From a virus (taxonomy: Duplodnaviria; Heunggongvirae; Uroviricota; Caudoviricetes), in IMG/VR virus record IMGVR_UViG_3300014625_000037, positions 1 to 22,542 of that record: a DNA stretch of 22,542 bases; one strand, given 5' to 3'. The notes beneath the pieces were generated by a model, which worked only from the letters and a program-made list of their open reading frames with translations, was not told the DNA's origin and searched no databases. The translations under genes were made by a program, and so were the position numbers. Of this stretch, positions 8,829-18,600 are shown one piece after another. Position 1 is the first letter of the stretch, and each line of letters starts with the position of its first letter.

Positions 8829-10595
8829 ATGAACACCACACTGACACCCGCAGATCTCGATCCCCGTCGGCAGGCCATGCTGCTGTACTTTCAGGGATAC
8901 CGCGTCGCCCGCATTGCTGAAATGCTGGGCGAGAAAGTTGCAACCGTTCACAGCTGGAAAAAACGCGACAAGTGGGGTGACTATGGGCCGCTGGATCAGA
9001 TGCAGCTCACCACCGCCGCACGCTACTGCCAGCTCATTATGAAGGAGCACAAAGAAGGGAAAGATTTCAAAGAGATTGACCTGCTGGCGCGCCAGTCGGA
9101 GCGCCACGCGCGGATCGGCAAGTTTAACAATGGCGGCAACGAAGCCGACTTAAACCCTAACGTCGCCAACCGCAACAAAGGCCCACGCCGTCAGCCGGAA
9201 AAGAATGTTTTCACCGATGAGCAGATTGAGAAGCTGGAAGAAATCTTCCATTCCTCCATGTTCAACTACCAGCGCCACTGGTGGGAAGCCGGAAAAACCA
9301 ACCGCATCCGCAACCTGCTGAAGTCACGCCAGATCGGCGCGACCTTTTACTTTGCCCGTGAAGCCCTGATTGACGCTCTGCTTACCGGACGTAACCAGAT
9401 TTTCCTTTCTGCCAGTAAGGCACAGGCCCACGTCTTCAAACAGTACATCATCGACTTTGCCAAAGAAGTGGAGGTGGAGCTGAAAGGCGATCCGATGGTG
9501 CTTCCCAACGGGGCCACACTGTATTTCCTCGGAACCAATGCCCGCACGGCCCAGAGTTACCACGGCAACCTGTATCTGGATGAATATTTCTGGATACCGA
9601 AATTCCAGGAGCTGCGCAAAGTGGCTTCCGGTATGGCTATTCACAAAAAATGGCGACAAACCTATTTTTCCACGCCATCCAGCCTGACCCACAGTGCTTA
9701 TCCGTTCTGGTCCGGTGCGCTGTTCAACCGTGGACGCAACAAAGCTGACAAGGTGGACATCGACCTGTCCCACAGCAATCTGGCCCCCGGCCTGCTGTGC
9801 GCAGACGGGCAATACCGCCAGATAGTCACCGTGGAAGATGCGGTGCGCGGCGGCTGTAACCTGTTCGACCTCGACCAGCTACGCATGGAGTACAGCCCGG
9901 ACGAATACCAGAACCTGCTGATGTGCGAGTTCGTGGACGATCTCGCGTCCGTGTTCCCGCTCAGCGAACTGCAGGCGTGCATGGTGGACAGTTGGGAAGT
10001 CTGGACCGACTTTCATGCACTGGCCCTGCGCCCGTTTGGCTGGCGCGAGGTGTGGATCGGTTATGACCCGGCAAAAGGTACGCAGAACGGCGACAGCGCC
10101 GGATGCGTGGTGGTGGCACCGCCAGCCGTGCCAGGCGGTAAGTTTCGCATTCTTGAGCGTCACCAGTGGCGCGGGATGGACTTCCGCGCCCAGGCGGACG
10201 CCATCAAAAAACTGACCGAACAGTACAACGTGACCTATATCGGCATCGACTCGACAGGTGTCGGTCACGGGGTTTACGAGAACGTGAAAGCGTTTTTTCC
10301 AGCCGTCCGGGAGTTTGTCTACAACCCCAACGTTAAAAACGCCCTGGTACTCAAGGCCTACGACATTATCAGCCACCGCCGTCTGGAGTTTGACGCCGGA
10401 CACACCGACATAGCGCAGTCATTTATGGCAATCCGTCGCGCCACCACCGCCAGCGGCAACCGCCCGACCTATGAAGCCAGCCGCAGCGAAGAAGCCAGCC
10501 ACGCCGATCTGGCCTGGGCAACGATGCACGCTCTGTTTAACGAACCGCTGCAGGGCGAATCCGCCAATACCAGCAATATTGTGGAGATTTTTTGA
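8829..10595 (+). CDS. P: Terminase large (ATPase) subunit P
   Basis: 588-aa ORF; strong resemblance to P2 gpP along its length as I recall it (RRQAMLLYFQG...NPNVANRNKGPRRQPE...SRQIGATFYFAREAL...SEE.SHADLAWATMHAL). Confidence 0.9.
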   Translation: MNTTLTPADLDPRRQAMLLYFQGYRVARIAEMLGEKVATVHSWKKRDKWGDYGPLDQMQLTTAARYCQLIMKEHKEGKDFKEIDLLARQSERHARIGKFNNGGNEADLNPNVANRNKGPRRQPEKNVFTDEQIEKLEEIFHSSMFNYQRHWWEAGKTNRIRNLLKSRQIGATFYFAREALIDALLTGRNQIFLSASKAQAHVFKQYIIDFAKEVEVELKGDPMVLPNGATLYFLGTNARTAQSYHGNLYLDEYFWIPKFQELRKVASGMAIHKKWRQTYFSTPSSLTHSAYPFWSGALFNRGRNKADKVDIDLSHSNLAPGLLCADGQYRQIVTVEDAVRGGCNLFDLDQLRMEYSPDEYQNLLMCEFVDDLASVFPLSELQACMVDSWEVWTDFHALALRPFGWREVWIGYDPAKGTQNGDSAGCVVVAPPAVPGGKFRILERHQWRGMDFRAQADAIKKLTEQYNVTYIGIDSTGVGHGVYENVKAFFPAVREFVYNPNVKNALVLKAYDIISHRRLEFDAGHTDIAQSFMAIRRATTASGNRPTYEASRSEEASHADLAWATMHALFNEPLQGESANTSNIVEIF

Positions 10596-11617
10596 TGAAA
10601 GAACATATCGCGCCAGACGAAACCGTAACTGCAGAAGAAACTAAAAAATCCGTTGCGGAGGCTTTCAGCTTTGGTGATCCCATTCCTGTACTGGACCGCC
10701 GCGAACTGCTGGACTATGTGGAATGCGTACAGATGGATCGCTGGTATGAGCCGCCCGTCAGCTTTGACGGACTGGCGCGCACCTTCCGCGCCGCCGTGCA
10801 CCACAGCTCCCCGATCAGTGTTAAGCGTGACATTATCAGCAGTACCTATATTCCACATCGCCTTCTCAGCCAGCAGGCATTTACCCGTTTTGTGCAGGAC
10901 TATCTGGTTTTTGGTAACGCCTACCTGGAGAAACGCACGAACCGCTTTGGTGAAGTTATTTCGCTGGAACCTGCACTGGCAAAATACACCCGGCGCGGAC
11001 TTGACCTTGAAACATACTGGTTTGTGCAATACAGCCTGACGACACAGCCGTATCAGTTCACAAAAGGTAATGTCTTCCACCTGATGGAGCCGGATATCAA
11101 CCAGGAGATTTATGGTCTGCCGGGTTACCTTTCTGCCATTCCGTCAGCTCTGCTCAACGAATCCGCCACGCTGTTCCGCCGCAAGTATTACATCAACGGC
11201 AGTCATGCAGGCTTCATCATGTACATGACCGACGCCGCGCAGAACCAGGAGGATGTAAACAACCTCCGTAACGCGATGAAAAGCGCCAAAGGTCCAGGCA
11301 ACTTCCGTAATCTGTTTATGTACTCGCCTAACGGCAAAAAAGACGGGCTTCAGATTATCCCGTTATCAGAAGTCGCAGCGAAGGATGAGTTTCTGAATAT
11401 CAAGAACGTGAGCCGGGACGACATGATGGCAGCACACCGAGTGCCGCCGCAAATGATGGGGATTATGCCGAATAATGTTGGTGGATTTGGGGATGTGGAG
11501 AAAGCGAGTAAAGTTTTTGTGAGAAATGAACTGATCCCGCTGCAGAAGAGATTATTCGAGATAAATGTATGGCTAGGAGAAAATGTCATTACTTTCCAGC
11601 CATACAACTTAGATTAA
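10595..11617 (+). CDS. Q: Portal protein Q
   Basis: Track ORF starts at TTG 10592; ATG at 10595 overlaps the P stop (ATGA). About 340 aa as in P2 gpQ. Divergent from O as in P2. Confidence 0.85.
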   Translation: MKEHIAPDETVTAEETKKSVAEAFSFGDPIPVLDRRELLDYVECVQMDRWYEPPVSFDGLARTFRAAVHHSSPISVKRDIISSTYIPHRLLSQQAFTRFVQDYLVFGNAYLEKRTNRFGEVISLEPALAKYTRRGLDLETYWFVQYSLTTQPYQFTKGNVFHLMEPDINQEIYGLPGYLSAIPSALLNESATLFRRKYYINGSHAGFIMYMTDAAQNQEDVNNLRNAMKSAKGPGNFRNLFMYSPNGKKDGLQIIPLSEVAAKDEFLNIKNVSRDDMMAAHRVPPQMMGIMPNNVGGFGDVEKASKVFVRNELIPLQKRLFEINVWLGENVITFQPYNLD

Positions 11618-11622
11618 TACTA

Positions 11623-11652
11623 TTACAGACACTTTCGTGAAAGTGTCTGTAA
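11623..11652. terminator. Perfect 13-bp stem / 4-nt loop hairpin between the convergent portal and RelA/SpoT-like genes (probable bidirectional terminator)
   Basis: ttacagacacttt-cgtg-aaagtgtctgtaa read directly; 5 nt after the Q stop and 14 nt after the RelA/SpoT-like gene stop. Confidence 0.5.
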
Positions 11653-11665
11653 TCAAAAAATGAAA

Positions 11666-12670
11666 TTATTCTTCTGAATCATCATAAACATCCATTCCTT
11701 CGGTCTGATTTCTAATATAAGAAGCCCCCATAGAATTAGCAATCGCAGTCCGAATTAACCCTACATGAGTGAAAAACACCCCTAACCTAGCACGCTTTAA
11801 CTCAGACTCATCATCATAGTCATCTTCATTACTTATAATTCTTCTAACCATTGCCTTATCTTCGTCAATAGCCGAAGGTAGCCCACTCTTTAAAGCGTCA
11901 ATACACTCACCTACAGTTATAATTTTATTTTTAATTAATTCAGAAAGCAAATCATCATAATTTTCATCATCAGATTTATTATCAGGTGGTAATTCACTTG
12001 CAGCTATCATTTTCAGCAATTCTACGTCAAGCATAGTTCCTCTATCTAGTCTGCTTGTCTCAACATACCCCTCACGCTCTGATAACACTCTTTCAAATTC
12101 GAAATCAACGACTTCAAGCAAAGCAGATACTCTATTAATTGCTCGCCTAAGAGGAAGTGGAACACTTTGCTCTTTTTTGTATTGCAGTTTATGAGATGCT
12201 GCAGCCCAAATATGCTGAGAAAGCGTTCGTATTTGCACCTCCACTTTCATATTTTTAAAATCACTAAAGGATGGAACTCTTAGCCATTCTTCTGGAGGTT
12301 GTATTACATAATGATGAGATTGGTACCCAAATCTATCCTCATCCAGTTCATCAAGTTTATTCTCTTGCTTCAAAATAATGAAATGTTCTTTCAGACAAGA
12401 TATAACCTTTTCAACATCTCGCTTAAATAGCATTATTAATCGGATTCCAACATAATCATCCAAGTCAACTATTGACTCAATCTTTAGAGGTTTTCGGTTA
12501 TCCTTATTAATAATAGAACTTAATGTTTTGACACGGCTTTCAATTGGAACCCCTAAAGACAATTTATTCTCCGACAAAATAACATCAATTTGCTCAACCA
12601 TAACTCGTCTGAACAATTCCGCAACTGAGCCGTAAATTGAATGCTGTTCTTTTAATTCTTCGTCTGTCAT
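11666..12670 (-). CDS. RelA/SpoT-domain nucleotidyltransferase, 334 aa (candidate fused toxSAS/CapRel-like defence protein or small alarmone synthetase)
   Basis: ATG at 12670 with AGGTAAGA upstream. Synthetase-domain motifs RVKTLSS (46-52), DYVGIRL (72-78), GYQSHH (115-120), EVQIRTLSQHIWAAASH (144-160). C-terminal ~150 aa acidic domain without obvious motif. AT-rich. No adjacent small ORF. Confidence 0.75.
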   Translation of the reverse strand: MTDEELKEQHSIYGSVAELFRRVMVEQIDVILSENKLSLGVPIESRVKTLSSIINKDNRKPLKIESIVDLDDYVGIRLIMLFKRDVEKVISCLKEHFIILKQENKLDELDEDRFGYQSHHYVIQPPEEWLRVPSFSDFKNMKVEVQIRTLSQHIWAAASHKLQYKKEQSVPLPLRRAINRVSALLEVVDFEFERVLSEREGYVETSRLDRGTMLDVELLKMIAASELPPDNKSDDENYDDLLSELIKNKIITVGECIDALKSGLPSAIDEDKAMVRRIISNEDDYDDESELKRARLGVFFTHVGLIRTAIANSMGASYIRNQTEGMDVYDDSEE

Positions 12671-12787
12671 CTATCTTACCTAACTTATATAAATGAATCA
12701 GATATAAAACATTGCATAATTTTAATTCAAGTGGACAACATATAAATTATCCGATCTAAACCACTTAAACAACAGGTTTTGCGCGCG

Positions 12788-12806
12788 CTCGTATCCCCGC
12801 CACGCC
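12788..12806. other. Candidate cos (cohesive end) site
   Basis: Minus-strand reading GGCGTGGCGGGGATACGAG shares its first 13 nt with the 186/P2 cohesive-end sequence as I remember it (GGCGTGGCGGGGAAAGCAT); a short inverted repeat cccgcc/ggcggg lies nearby at 12857-12874. Confidence 0.4.
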
Positions 12807-12966
12807 TGCCCGCTTTATGTAGCGGTTTTCATGCGCCTGCATGACATAAGCAAAATCCCGCCACTCCTGGCGGGCCTCAGCTAAAACGATCCTCAAACGA
12901 TCATGCGGATTCATGCGGCATAGACATGCACAATCTCCAAAGCGAGCATCGAGACTTTTTGGAAAC

Positions 12967-13578
12967 CTACGTAACCACAGTTAATGTGTGCATCCTGTCT
13001 CGAATTGCATCACACGTCTCATCAAAAAGCTTGATGATGGTTGTATGGTTCAACTCCGCCTCTTTCCAATAATTTTGCCCGTCAAATTCTGGATCGCTAT
13101 GCTTAAACGATATTGACTCTGAAAGGCATTCCTTCCGGAAACGGTCCAAGATTATATAAACCTCTGGTGAGATGAACGGTTTGTTAGATTCAACACTTGT
13201 AACAAAAGTGTTAAATGCATCAGAAAAAACTTTCAACCTTCTAAATTTTCTCTCTTCAAATGGTTCGTTGGGGTCAACATGATCCAGCGCAGGCCTCAGC
13301 TTAAGCACGCTTTCTCTGGTTTCAAACATCGAATTCCAAATGAGACTATATGCTGATAACTCCTTATCAAAATACGCTTTCGTTACATAAACAGAATTGT
13401 CTAACTTAGCCTTTATTCTTTCATTAGTTGCACTCAGTTGTGATTGAAATTCAGCAATATCTTTGTTTAGCCGCGACTTATATCTTTCTAAATAAACTTT
13501 CCCGATCCAAACAAATATGCCAGATGCAACAAAAGACACCCCACCCAACGAAGCCAGAACTTTAAAGACTAAATCCAT
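12967..13578 (-). CDS. Hypothetical membrane-anchored protein, 203 aa (single N-terminal TM helix)
   Basis: ATG at 13578; N-terminal hydrophobic segment VLASLGGVSFVASGIFVWIG followed by a ~170-aa soluble domain; AT-rich; sits beside cos at the position P2 uses for old/tin. Confidence 0.65.
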   Translation of the reverse strand: MDLVFKVLASLGGVSFVASGIFVWIGKVYLERYKSRLNKDIAEFQSQLSATNERIKAKLDNSVYVTKAYFDKELSAYSLIWNSMFETRESVLKLRPALDHVDPNEPFEERKFRRLKVFSDAFNTFVTSVESNKPFISPEVYIILDRFRKECLSESISFKHSDPEFDGQNYWKEAELNHTTIIKLFDETCDAIRDRMHTLTVVT

Positions 13579-13626
13579 TGCGCCCCCACCTGCAAAAATA
13601 GTATTCCATTATAAGCTAATACATTT

Positions 13627-13842
13627 TTAATCAAACAGGGGATAATTCGCGTCAACCTCATCACTTCTCTGCTCTACCCTAGTGACTTCCATCAAAAACC
13701 CCAGGCCGTCATATAGCGAAACGGGGAATTCCAGCTCAAGCCAGAAGCAGTCTTCATAGATGCGGCCCAACCAAAAACCTCCGCCACACTCCTTTGGGCG
13801 TTGAAAGAAGACCCAGTCGCCAAGGGTTAAACGTTCCAGCAC
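13627..13842 (-). CDS. Questionable 71-aa ORF (GTG start)
   Basis: Only a GTG start; no convincing RBS found; could be a gene remnant. Confidence 0.2.
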   Translation of the reverse strand: MLERLTLGDWVFFQRPKECGGGFWLGRIYEDCFWLELEFPVSLYDGLGFLMEVTRVEQRSDEVDANYPLFD

Positions 13843-13960
13843 CTAGCCCCGATAAATAATCTGGTGATTACTGTCTTTTTTACCCATGGCTAACGCCTCG
13901 CTACTCTCGTTGTTCAACCTTGCTGACGTCAGATTCAAGTTCTTACATCAGGAACGTTCC

Positions 13961-14194
13961 TTAGTGCAGCCAGCTGTCGTCTTCCCAAACCTGTTGCATA
14001 ATTTCCATCACCCGCTTTTTGTCTTCATCAAGCTTTAAGCCACTCAGCTCAACGCCGTTTGCCGACCCTTTACGGATGCGGATAGCGGTCTTGGGATAGA
14101 TGGGTTGCAGGTTGCGGTAAAGCTCGGACTCCAGAGCGTCCAGGGTAGACTGGCTAATCTTCTGCTCTTTATCGATCATTATTTCAATGCGCAT
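13961..14194 (-). CDS. DinI-like protein
   Basis: Preferred start MRIEIMID... at ATG 14194 with GAGGTGA upstream; 77 aa; N-terminus and C-terminal ...EIMQQVWEDDSW resemble E. coli DinI (MRIEVTIAK...ILQETWESADDW) from memory. Confidence 0.75.
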   Translation of the reverse strand: MRIEIMIDKEQKISQSTLDALESELYRNLQPIYPKTAIRIRKGSANGVELSGLKLDEDKKRVMEIMQQVWEDDSWLH

Positions 14195-14204
14195 AAAAGT
14201 CACC

Positions 14205-14393
14205 TCAGCTGATGACATCCATTGAGCGGTTGTATTCGTGGCTTCTGATTTTTGCCATGAGTTCATCAGTCAATTCAGAAACCCACTGCAGGGCCAGCCC
14301 CTTCTCTTCATCACTACACTCACTAGCCGCTACAAGCTTAAGAAAAAAATCAATGCGCTGGAGCTTCAAAGACTCCAAAAAATAGTCCTGCAT
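14205..14393 (-). CDS. Small hypothetical protein (62 aa), first gene of SOS-regulated operon; possible antirepressor
   Basis: ATG at 14393 preceded by TAGGAGGAAAG; the longer track ORF (to 14495) would place the LexA box inside the coding sequence, so it is rejected. Confidence 0.55.
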   Translation of the reverse strand: MQDYFLESLKLQRIDFFLKLVAASECSDEEKGLALQWVSELTDELMAKIRSHEYNRSMDVIS

Positions 14394-14434
14394 CTTTCCT
14401 CCTATGACACCGCAAACAATACTGTATAGATAAC

Positions 14435-14454
14435 CACTGTTTATATTTACAGTA
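14435..14454. promoter_or_regulatory. LexA (SOS) box
   Basis: cACTGTttatatttACAGTa read directly; matches consensus TACTGT-N8-ACAGTA (CTGT-N8-ACAG). Lies 42-61 nt upstream of the small ORF start on the transcribed strand, overlapping candidate -10 TATACT. Confidence 0.7.
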
Positions 14455-14546
14455 TATGATAATCTTACTGATGTAAAACGTTTTTTTACGTTCATCAGCC
14501 TGATATGCCTGGTATTATTAAGAGCACGAATTGTTAACCCGCGTAA

Positions 14547-16919
14547 TTAATACAGGTTCCGCCACTTATCATCTTCCTGCAAACGCTGGTTCCGATAGAA
14601 GACACGCAGGCCTGCTCCTGACGGAATACTGCCGCCGCGAAGGAGTAAATCGACCTCTTTCTCGCTGCCATCAAATCCTCTGGACTTCAGTTCATAGACG
14701 AGCTGCTGTCGTTGATGGTCTGTAATTCGCTGTTTGTAGTCTCTACGCCGTTTCGGTTTCACCAGGCGTAACCTTGCAGCCAGTTCCCGGCGCTCTTTTT
14801 TGTTCATACTGTGCAGGTAATCGTGCAACTCCTTGTCATCCATGTGGGTAATGTCCGTTCTGGTATCCCCATCAGCTGATTTGTCTTTCCCTTGTTGGTT
14901 CAAATTTTCAGCAAGGGGACAGTTATTGCCACGAGTCCAAGGGGCGCAAGCGCCCTGGTCGGCTGCCGCCTCCTGAACATCAACGGCCTTACGAACCATT
15001 TTCCACTTCACGGCATGAGTGCAGATCTTGCCCTCTGCAATAGGTGACCAGATGCCATAAATACGAATGCCGTGATCGCCATAGGCGGTCGGCTCTTCGT
15101 TGATTTCATAAGCGGTTCTGATGAGGTGATATTTGCGGGGAACCAGTACGCCGCCCTGCTTCATGATGTAGGTGGCAAAACAACCAGCATCAGCAGCAGC
15201 CAGGATGGCATCAAGGCGTGGGTTATCCAGTACCGGCGCACCTGCTTTTTTGTCCCCCTGTTGCCTTGCCGCCTGACCAGCCAGCAATCGCAGTTCACGG
15301 TAAGCCTGACGCCCCGGAATGCCAAAGAAACGGAATTGCTGAACACGATGCAGAGACGCCCAGGCATTAACGTATTCAGCATTATCACGCAGGGATTTCC
15401 CCGTTTCCTTGCTGATCTCGCCAGCCAGACCACGCCCGTCAATGTTCTTACTGATGTATTTCGCGATGTAGCTTGTTGGCGTTCCTTTGCGCGGGTTAAT
15501 CAACTCAGACTTAAAGCGCGGCCCAGTGTTATTGCCCAGCTCCTCGCGGTCTTCACGGATGGCAAACTTACGCAGTAATGCAGTGATGGCACGGCGGTCT
15601 TTTTTGCGCATGAAACACAACAGGTGCCAGTGAACTGTGCCGTCATGATGCGGCTCAGCCACCCGCACGCCATACCAGCGCAACCCGGCTTTGTGCATCG
15701 CCTTACGAAATGCAGCAAACATGCCGACCAGATAATCGCTGCTTTGTCTTACCGTCGCGTTTGTCCAGGTCGGGTTTGGTCTGCCGTTATTGAGCGTGGA
15801 ATGGAAACGTGACGGACAGGTGATGGTGTAGAAAACGGCGCAGTCACCGCGCATTTCCGCGATAAGCTCCAGACCTTTAACACAGGCCATCATCTCATTG
15901 CGGCGATGCGCCGGGTTGCTGCTGCTGGCGTTTACCACATCCTCCATGTCCAGCGTGTCGCCGTCTTCGTTCACCAGTTCATGAGAACGGAAAAACTCCA
16001 GCGACTTACGGCGCTGCTCACGTTTATGCATCACGGCTTCATAGCTGACATAGGGAGATGCTTTTTTGCTGACCAGGCAGACAGCACGCAACTGCTCTTC
16101 CCGCCATTCGCAACGCATCTTCCATAATTTCCGGTACCACCAGTCAGCGCACAACATACGCGCCAGCGAACCCGGAATGAGTTCATAGGGCACGGGTTTA
16201 CGGCGGTTTCTTTTCCGGCGGAGTTGCTCAAACGCAGGCGGGATGACATCCAGACGCAGGGTTTCCGCTGCCACCTTTTCCCATGTCTTGCGGATTTCTT
16301 CTGGCTTAACGTCATCGGTGACATACAAATCGCCACAAGCTGCATCAAGGCACATGCTCATATGCGCAGCTACCAGGGTGGACAGGCGTTTCACCTGATC
16401 CTGACTCATTTCAGGCAGGATCAGCAGGCCGTCCAGCCCTTCATGGCTTGCCATAAAGCGAAAAGAAGTGGATAGCTGACAGTCGCGTACATGCTCCAGC
16501 CGTTCCAGACATGGCTTAATCGTCTCACGCAAATAGCGGGAATAAGCCTTTGGCCTGCCCAGGCTGCTGAAGTATTCAATACGTTGCATCAGCGGCTTGC
16601 TGATATGGGAAGGCTGGGCATTGACGTCCGCCAGAATGACCATATCTGGATTAAAACGCTGCTGCTCATGCGCCAGCTTTGCCCGACTAATGAGCTTATC
16701 CTGCTCCATTTCGCGCTGGACAGGATCACGGGATTCATTAAAGAAATAACGCTCCCAGACCTGATCACTCAGTGCCTCGCGGCGCAGCTGTTCCTGCTCG
16801 TTATCGGCAGCGTACAGAGCGATCAGGTTTGAAAGCGCAGAAACTGAAGATTGCTCTTCTGTCTCTACGTAAGGATTGATTGCTTTTTTCTCAGCATTCC
16901 AGGAATAGCTGTAGTTCAT
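14547..16919 (-). CDS. A: Replication initiation protein A (rolling-circle nickase)
   Basis: Track ORF has a TTG start at 16970; ATG at 16919 (MNYSYSW...) overlaps the upstream stop (TAATG). About 790 aa, size and position as P2/186 gene A. Confidence 0.85.
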   Translation of the reverse strand: MNYSYSWNAEKKAINPYVETEEQSSVSALSNLIALYAADNEQEQLRREALSDQVWERYFFNESRDPVQREMEQDKLISRAKLAHEQQRFNPDMVILADVNAQPSHISKPLMQRIEYFSSLGRPKAYSRYLRETIKPCLERLEHVRDCQLSTSFRFMASHEGLDGLLILPEMSQDQVKRLSTLVAAHMSMCLDAACGDLYVTDDVKPEEIRKTWEKVAAETLRLDVIPPAFEQLRRKRNRRKPVPYELIPGSLARMLCADWWYRKLWKMRCEWREEQLRAVCLVSKKASPYVSYEAVMHKREQRRKSLEFFRSHELVNEDGDTLDMEDVVNASSSNPAHRRNEMMACVKGLELIAEMRGDCAVFYTITCPSRFHSTLNNGRPNPTWTNATVRQSSDYLVGMFAAFRKAMHKAGLRWYGVRVAEPHHDGTVHWHLLCFMRKKDRRAITALLRKFAIREDREELGNNTGPRFKSELINPRKGTPTSYIAKYISKNIDGRGLAGEISKETGKSLRDNAEYVNAWASLHRVQQFRFFGIPGRQAYRELRLLAGQAARQQGDKKAGAPVLDNPRLDAILAAADAGCFATYIMKQGGVLVPRKYHLIRTAYEINEEPTAYGDHGIRIYGIWSPIAEGKICTHAVKWKMVRKAVDVQEAAADQGACAPWTRGNNCPLAENLNQQGKDKSADGDTRTDITHMDDKELHDYLHSMNKKERRELAARLRLVKPKRRRDYKQRITDHQRQQLVYELKSRGFDGSEKEVDLLLRGGSIPSGAGLRVFYRNQRLQEDDKWRNLY

Positions 16920-17749
16920 TACGCAATCTCCAGTTCGAGCTGTGAAGGCTGCAAACCATTCGACAGCCAATCAGAAACTGAAGGTGGGCGAACAGCTTCA
17001 ATTGCACCTTTTAAAATTGCGCAACGGTTTTTCAGAATGACAGCTTTCAGCTCCTTTTCCGTCAGATTGCGCGAATACTCAGCCTCCTGAATAGCCCGCG
17101 TCAGCTCAGGATATTTGCTATTAAATTTGGGGACATTGCAGGCAAGATTTGTACTGTCGGCAGTCGCCAGTGGGTAATTTCCCAACACACGACCGTCAAG
17201 CATGCGCAAACCATGAACAGCTGTTTTGAAATTGTGTCGGCAATAAATTGCTTCAAAAGCGTCCTGCATACGATGATGCCAGTGCGCAGTTCTGATAGCC
17301 GCATATTCACCAGACGATCCAAAGCAGACACGAGGCCATTCACGACATAGCTCGATAAGCCGATCGATTGACTCGTGCAGATGCCAGACGGGAGTTGCCT
17401 TCCCGTAGAACATTTTCGGAACTTCGTTTATCAGGGCATCATTGTCACGTTCACCTCCGTCCACAACATCAGGAATGACAAAAAAAGCGACCTTAGGATG
17501 GTGGTAATAGTTCAGGAGCCATTTATAAAAATCACTCCAGTTAATTTTTAGCCCACGCACCCATGCAGAAAATGCGCCGTTATCAATGCCGACGACCTGA
17601 GCGTGCTGAATGGACGCCGCAATCTGATCTGGTCGTACATAGGAGACGAAAGCGCCAGCTCCGCTCACCGCAATACGATGAACGTCGCCAGCACTTCCCC
17701 AGACAGGCGTCCCATGGAAATGATGAATTCCGTGGTGCATTTCTTTCAC
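16919..17749 (-). CDS. Hypothetical early protein, 276 aa, translationally coupled between Dam and A
   Basis: GTG at 17749 overlapping the Dam stop, or ATG at 17740; His-rich N-terminus; no family recognised with confidence. Confidence 0.6.
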   Translation of the reverse strand: MKEMHHGIHHFHGTPVWGSAGDVHRIAVSGAGAFVSYVRPDQIAASIQHAQVVGIDNGAFSAWVRGLKINWSDFYKWLLNYYHHPKVAFFVIPDVVDGGERDNDALINEVPKMFYGKATPVWHLHESIDRLIELCREWPRVCFGSSGEYAAIRTAHWHHRMQDAFEAIYCRHNFKTAVHGLRMLDGRVLGNYPLATADSTNLACNVPKFNSKYPELTRAIQEAEYSRNLTEKELKAVILKNRCAILKGAIEAVRPPSVSDWLSNGLQPSQLELEIA

Positions 17750-18600
17750 ACTTGCACCCCGAAAATAACAGTAGAGTCACGTCCTCTACTAAAATCGGCA
17801 CTAAACCAATTAGCAGATTTAGTGGCAATCATCTCTGTTGCAAATTTTCCCTCCCCCGCTGCAACGCCGATGCTGCGTTTCGCCCTGATGTAGTGGTGAG
17901 TGAAATTACGATAAAGGGACCGGGTCAAAGACGTGTTACTGTTAGAAACAATGACCGGATGTCCTTCTGATGACCGATGTTCAAGAATGGATGCCAGGTG
18001 ATACTGATCATCTTCAGTGAAACCATCAGTGTGATAGCCGGAAAACGTACCGTCATAAGGCGGATCGCAATACACCACATCCCCCACCTTCAACATCGCC
18101 AGCGTTTCATCAAAGCTGGCGCAGATAAACGTTGCCCGCTGGGCTTTCTCTGCAAATGCGCGAATTTCTTTTTCAGGGAAATACGGATTTTTATAATTAC
18201 CGTAGGGAATGTTGAAATGCCCGCTCTTGTTATAGCGACATAAACCACGGTAACCGTGACGATTGAGATACAGGAAATATACCGCTTTCATGAAATCAGT
18301 AATTTCAGTGGAGTAATTAAACTCCTGCCTTATGTTGTAATAAGCCACCTCCCTGTTTGCTTCCTCAAATAAAGCTCTGGCACGAGATATAAACGCCTCA
18401 CAATCAGCAGCAACCTTTTTATAGAGGTTGATTAAATCAGGATTAATATCCGCAACAAGATAGCTGGGATAATCCGTCTCCATCATCACTGCACAGGAAC
18501 CCGCGAAAGGTTCAACCAGTCGCGGGCCAGCAGGAAGATGCTTTTTCAGTTCGGACATTATGGCGGTTTTATTTCCTGCCCATTTCAGGATGGTGCTCAT
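17746..18600 (-). CDS. dam: DNA adenine (N6) methyltransferase, Dam-like
   Basis: Start ATG 18600 ([11 protein letters not shown]...) overlapping the upstream stop (ATGA). Motifs KWAGNK, EPFAGS (SAM-binding FxGxG) and DPPY (catalytic motif IV). Confidence 0.85.
   Translation of the reverse strand: MSTILKWAGNKTAIMSELKKHLPAGPRLVEPFAGSCAVMMETDYPSYLVADINPDLINLYKKVAADCEAFISRARALFEEANREVAYYNIRQEFNYSTEITDFMKAVYFLYLNRHGYRGLCRYNKSGHFNIPYGNYKNPYFPEKEIRAFAEKAQRATFICASFDETLAMLKVGDVVYCDPPYDGTFSGYHTDGFTEDDQYHLASILEHRSSEGHPVIVSNSNTSLTRSLYRNFTHHYIRAKRSIGVAAGEGKFATEMIATKSANWFSADFSRGRDSTVIFGVQV

Noticed and set aside
9324-10403. Minus-strand ORFs of 162, 94 and 174 aa inside the terminase gene
   Set aside because: All antisense to the well-supported terminase ATPase gene P.
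10469-11080. 203-aa minus-strand ORF
   Set aside because: Antisense to the portal gene Q.
14394-14495. Longer 96-aa version of the small SOS-operon ORF
   Set aside because: It would place the LexA box and promoter inside the coding sequence; a strong RBS precedes the internal ATG at 14393.
15072-16832. Several plus-strand ORFs (168, 62, 73, 83, 113 aa)
   Set aside because: All antisense to replication gene A.
16920-16970. TTG-initiated N-terminal extension of gene A in the ORF track
   Set aside because: A downstream ATG at 16919 overlaps the upstream gene stop in TAATG coupling arrangement; the extension would overlap the preceding gene by 52 nt.
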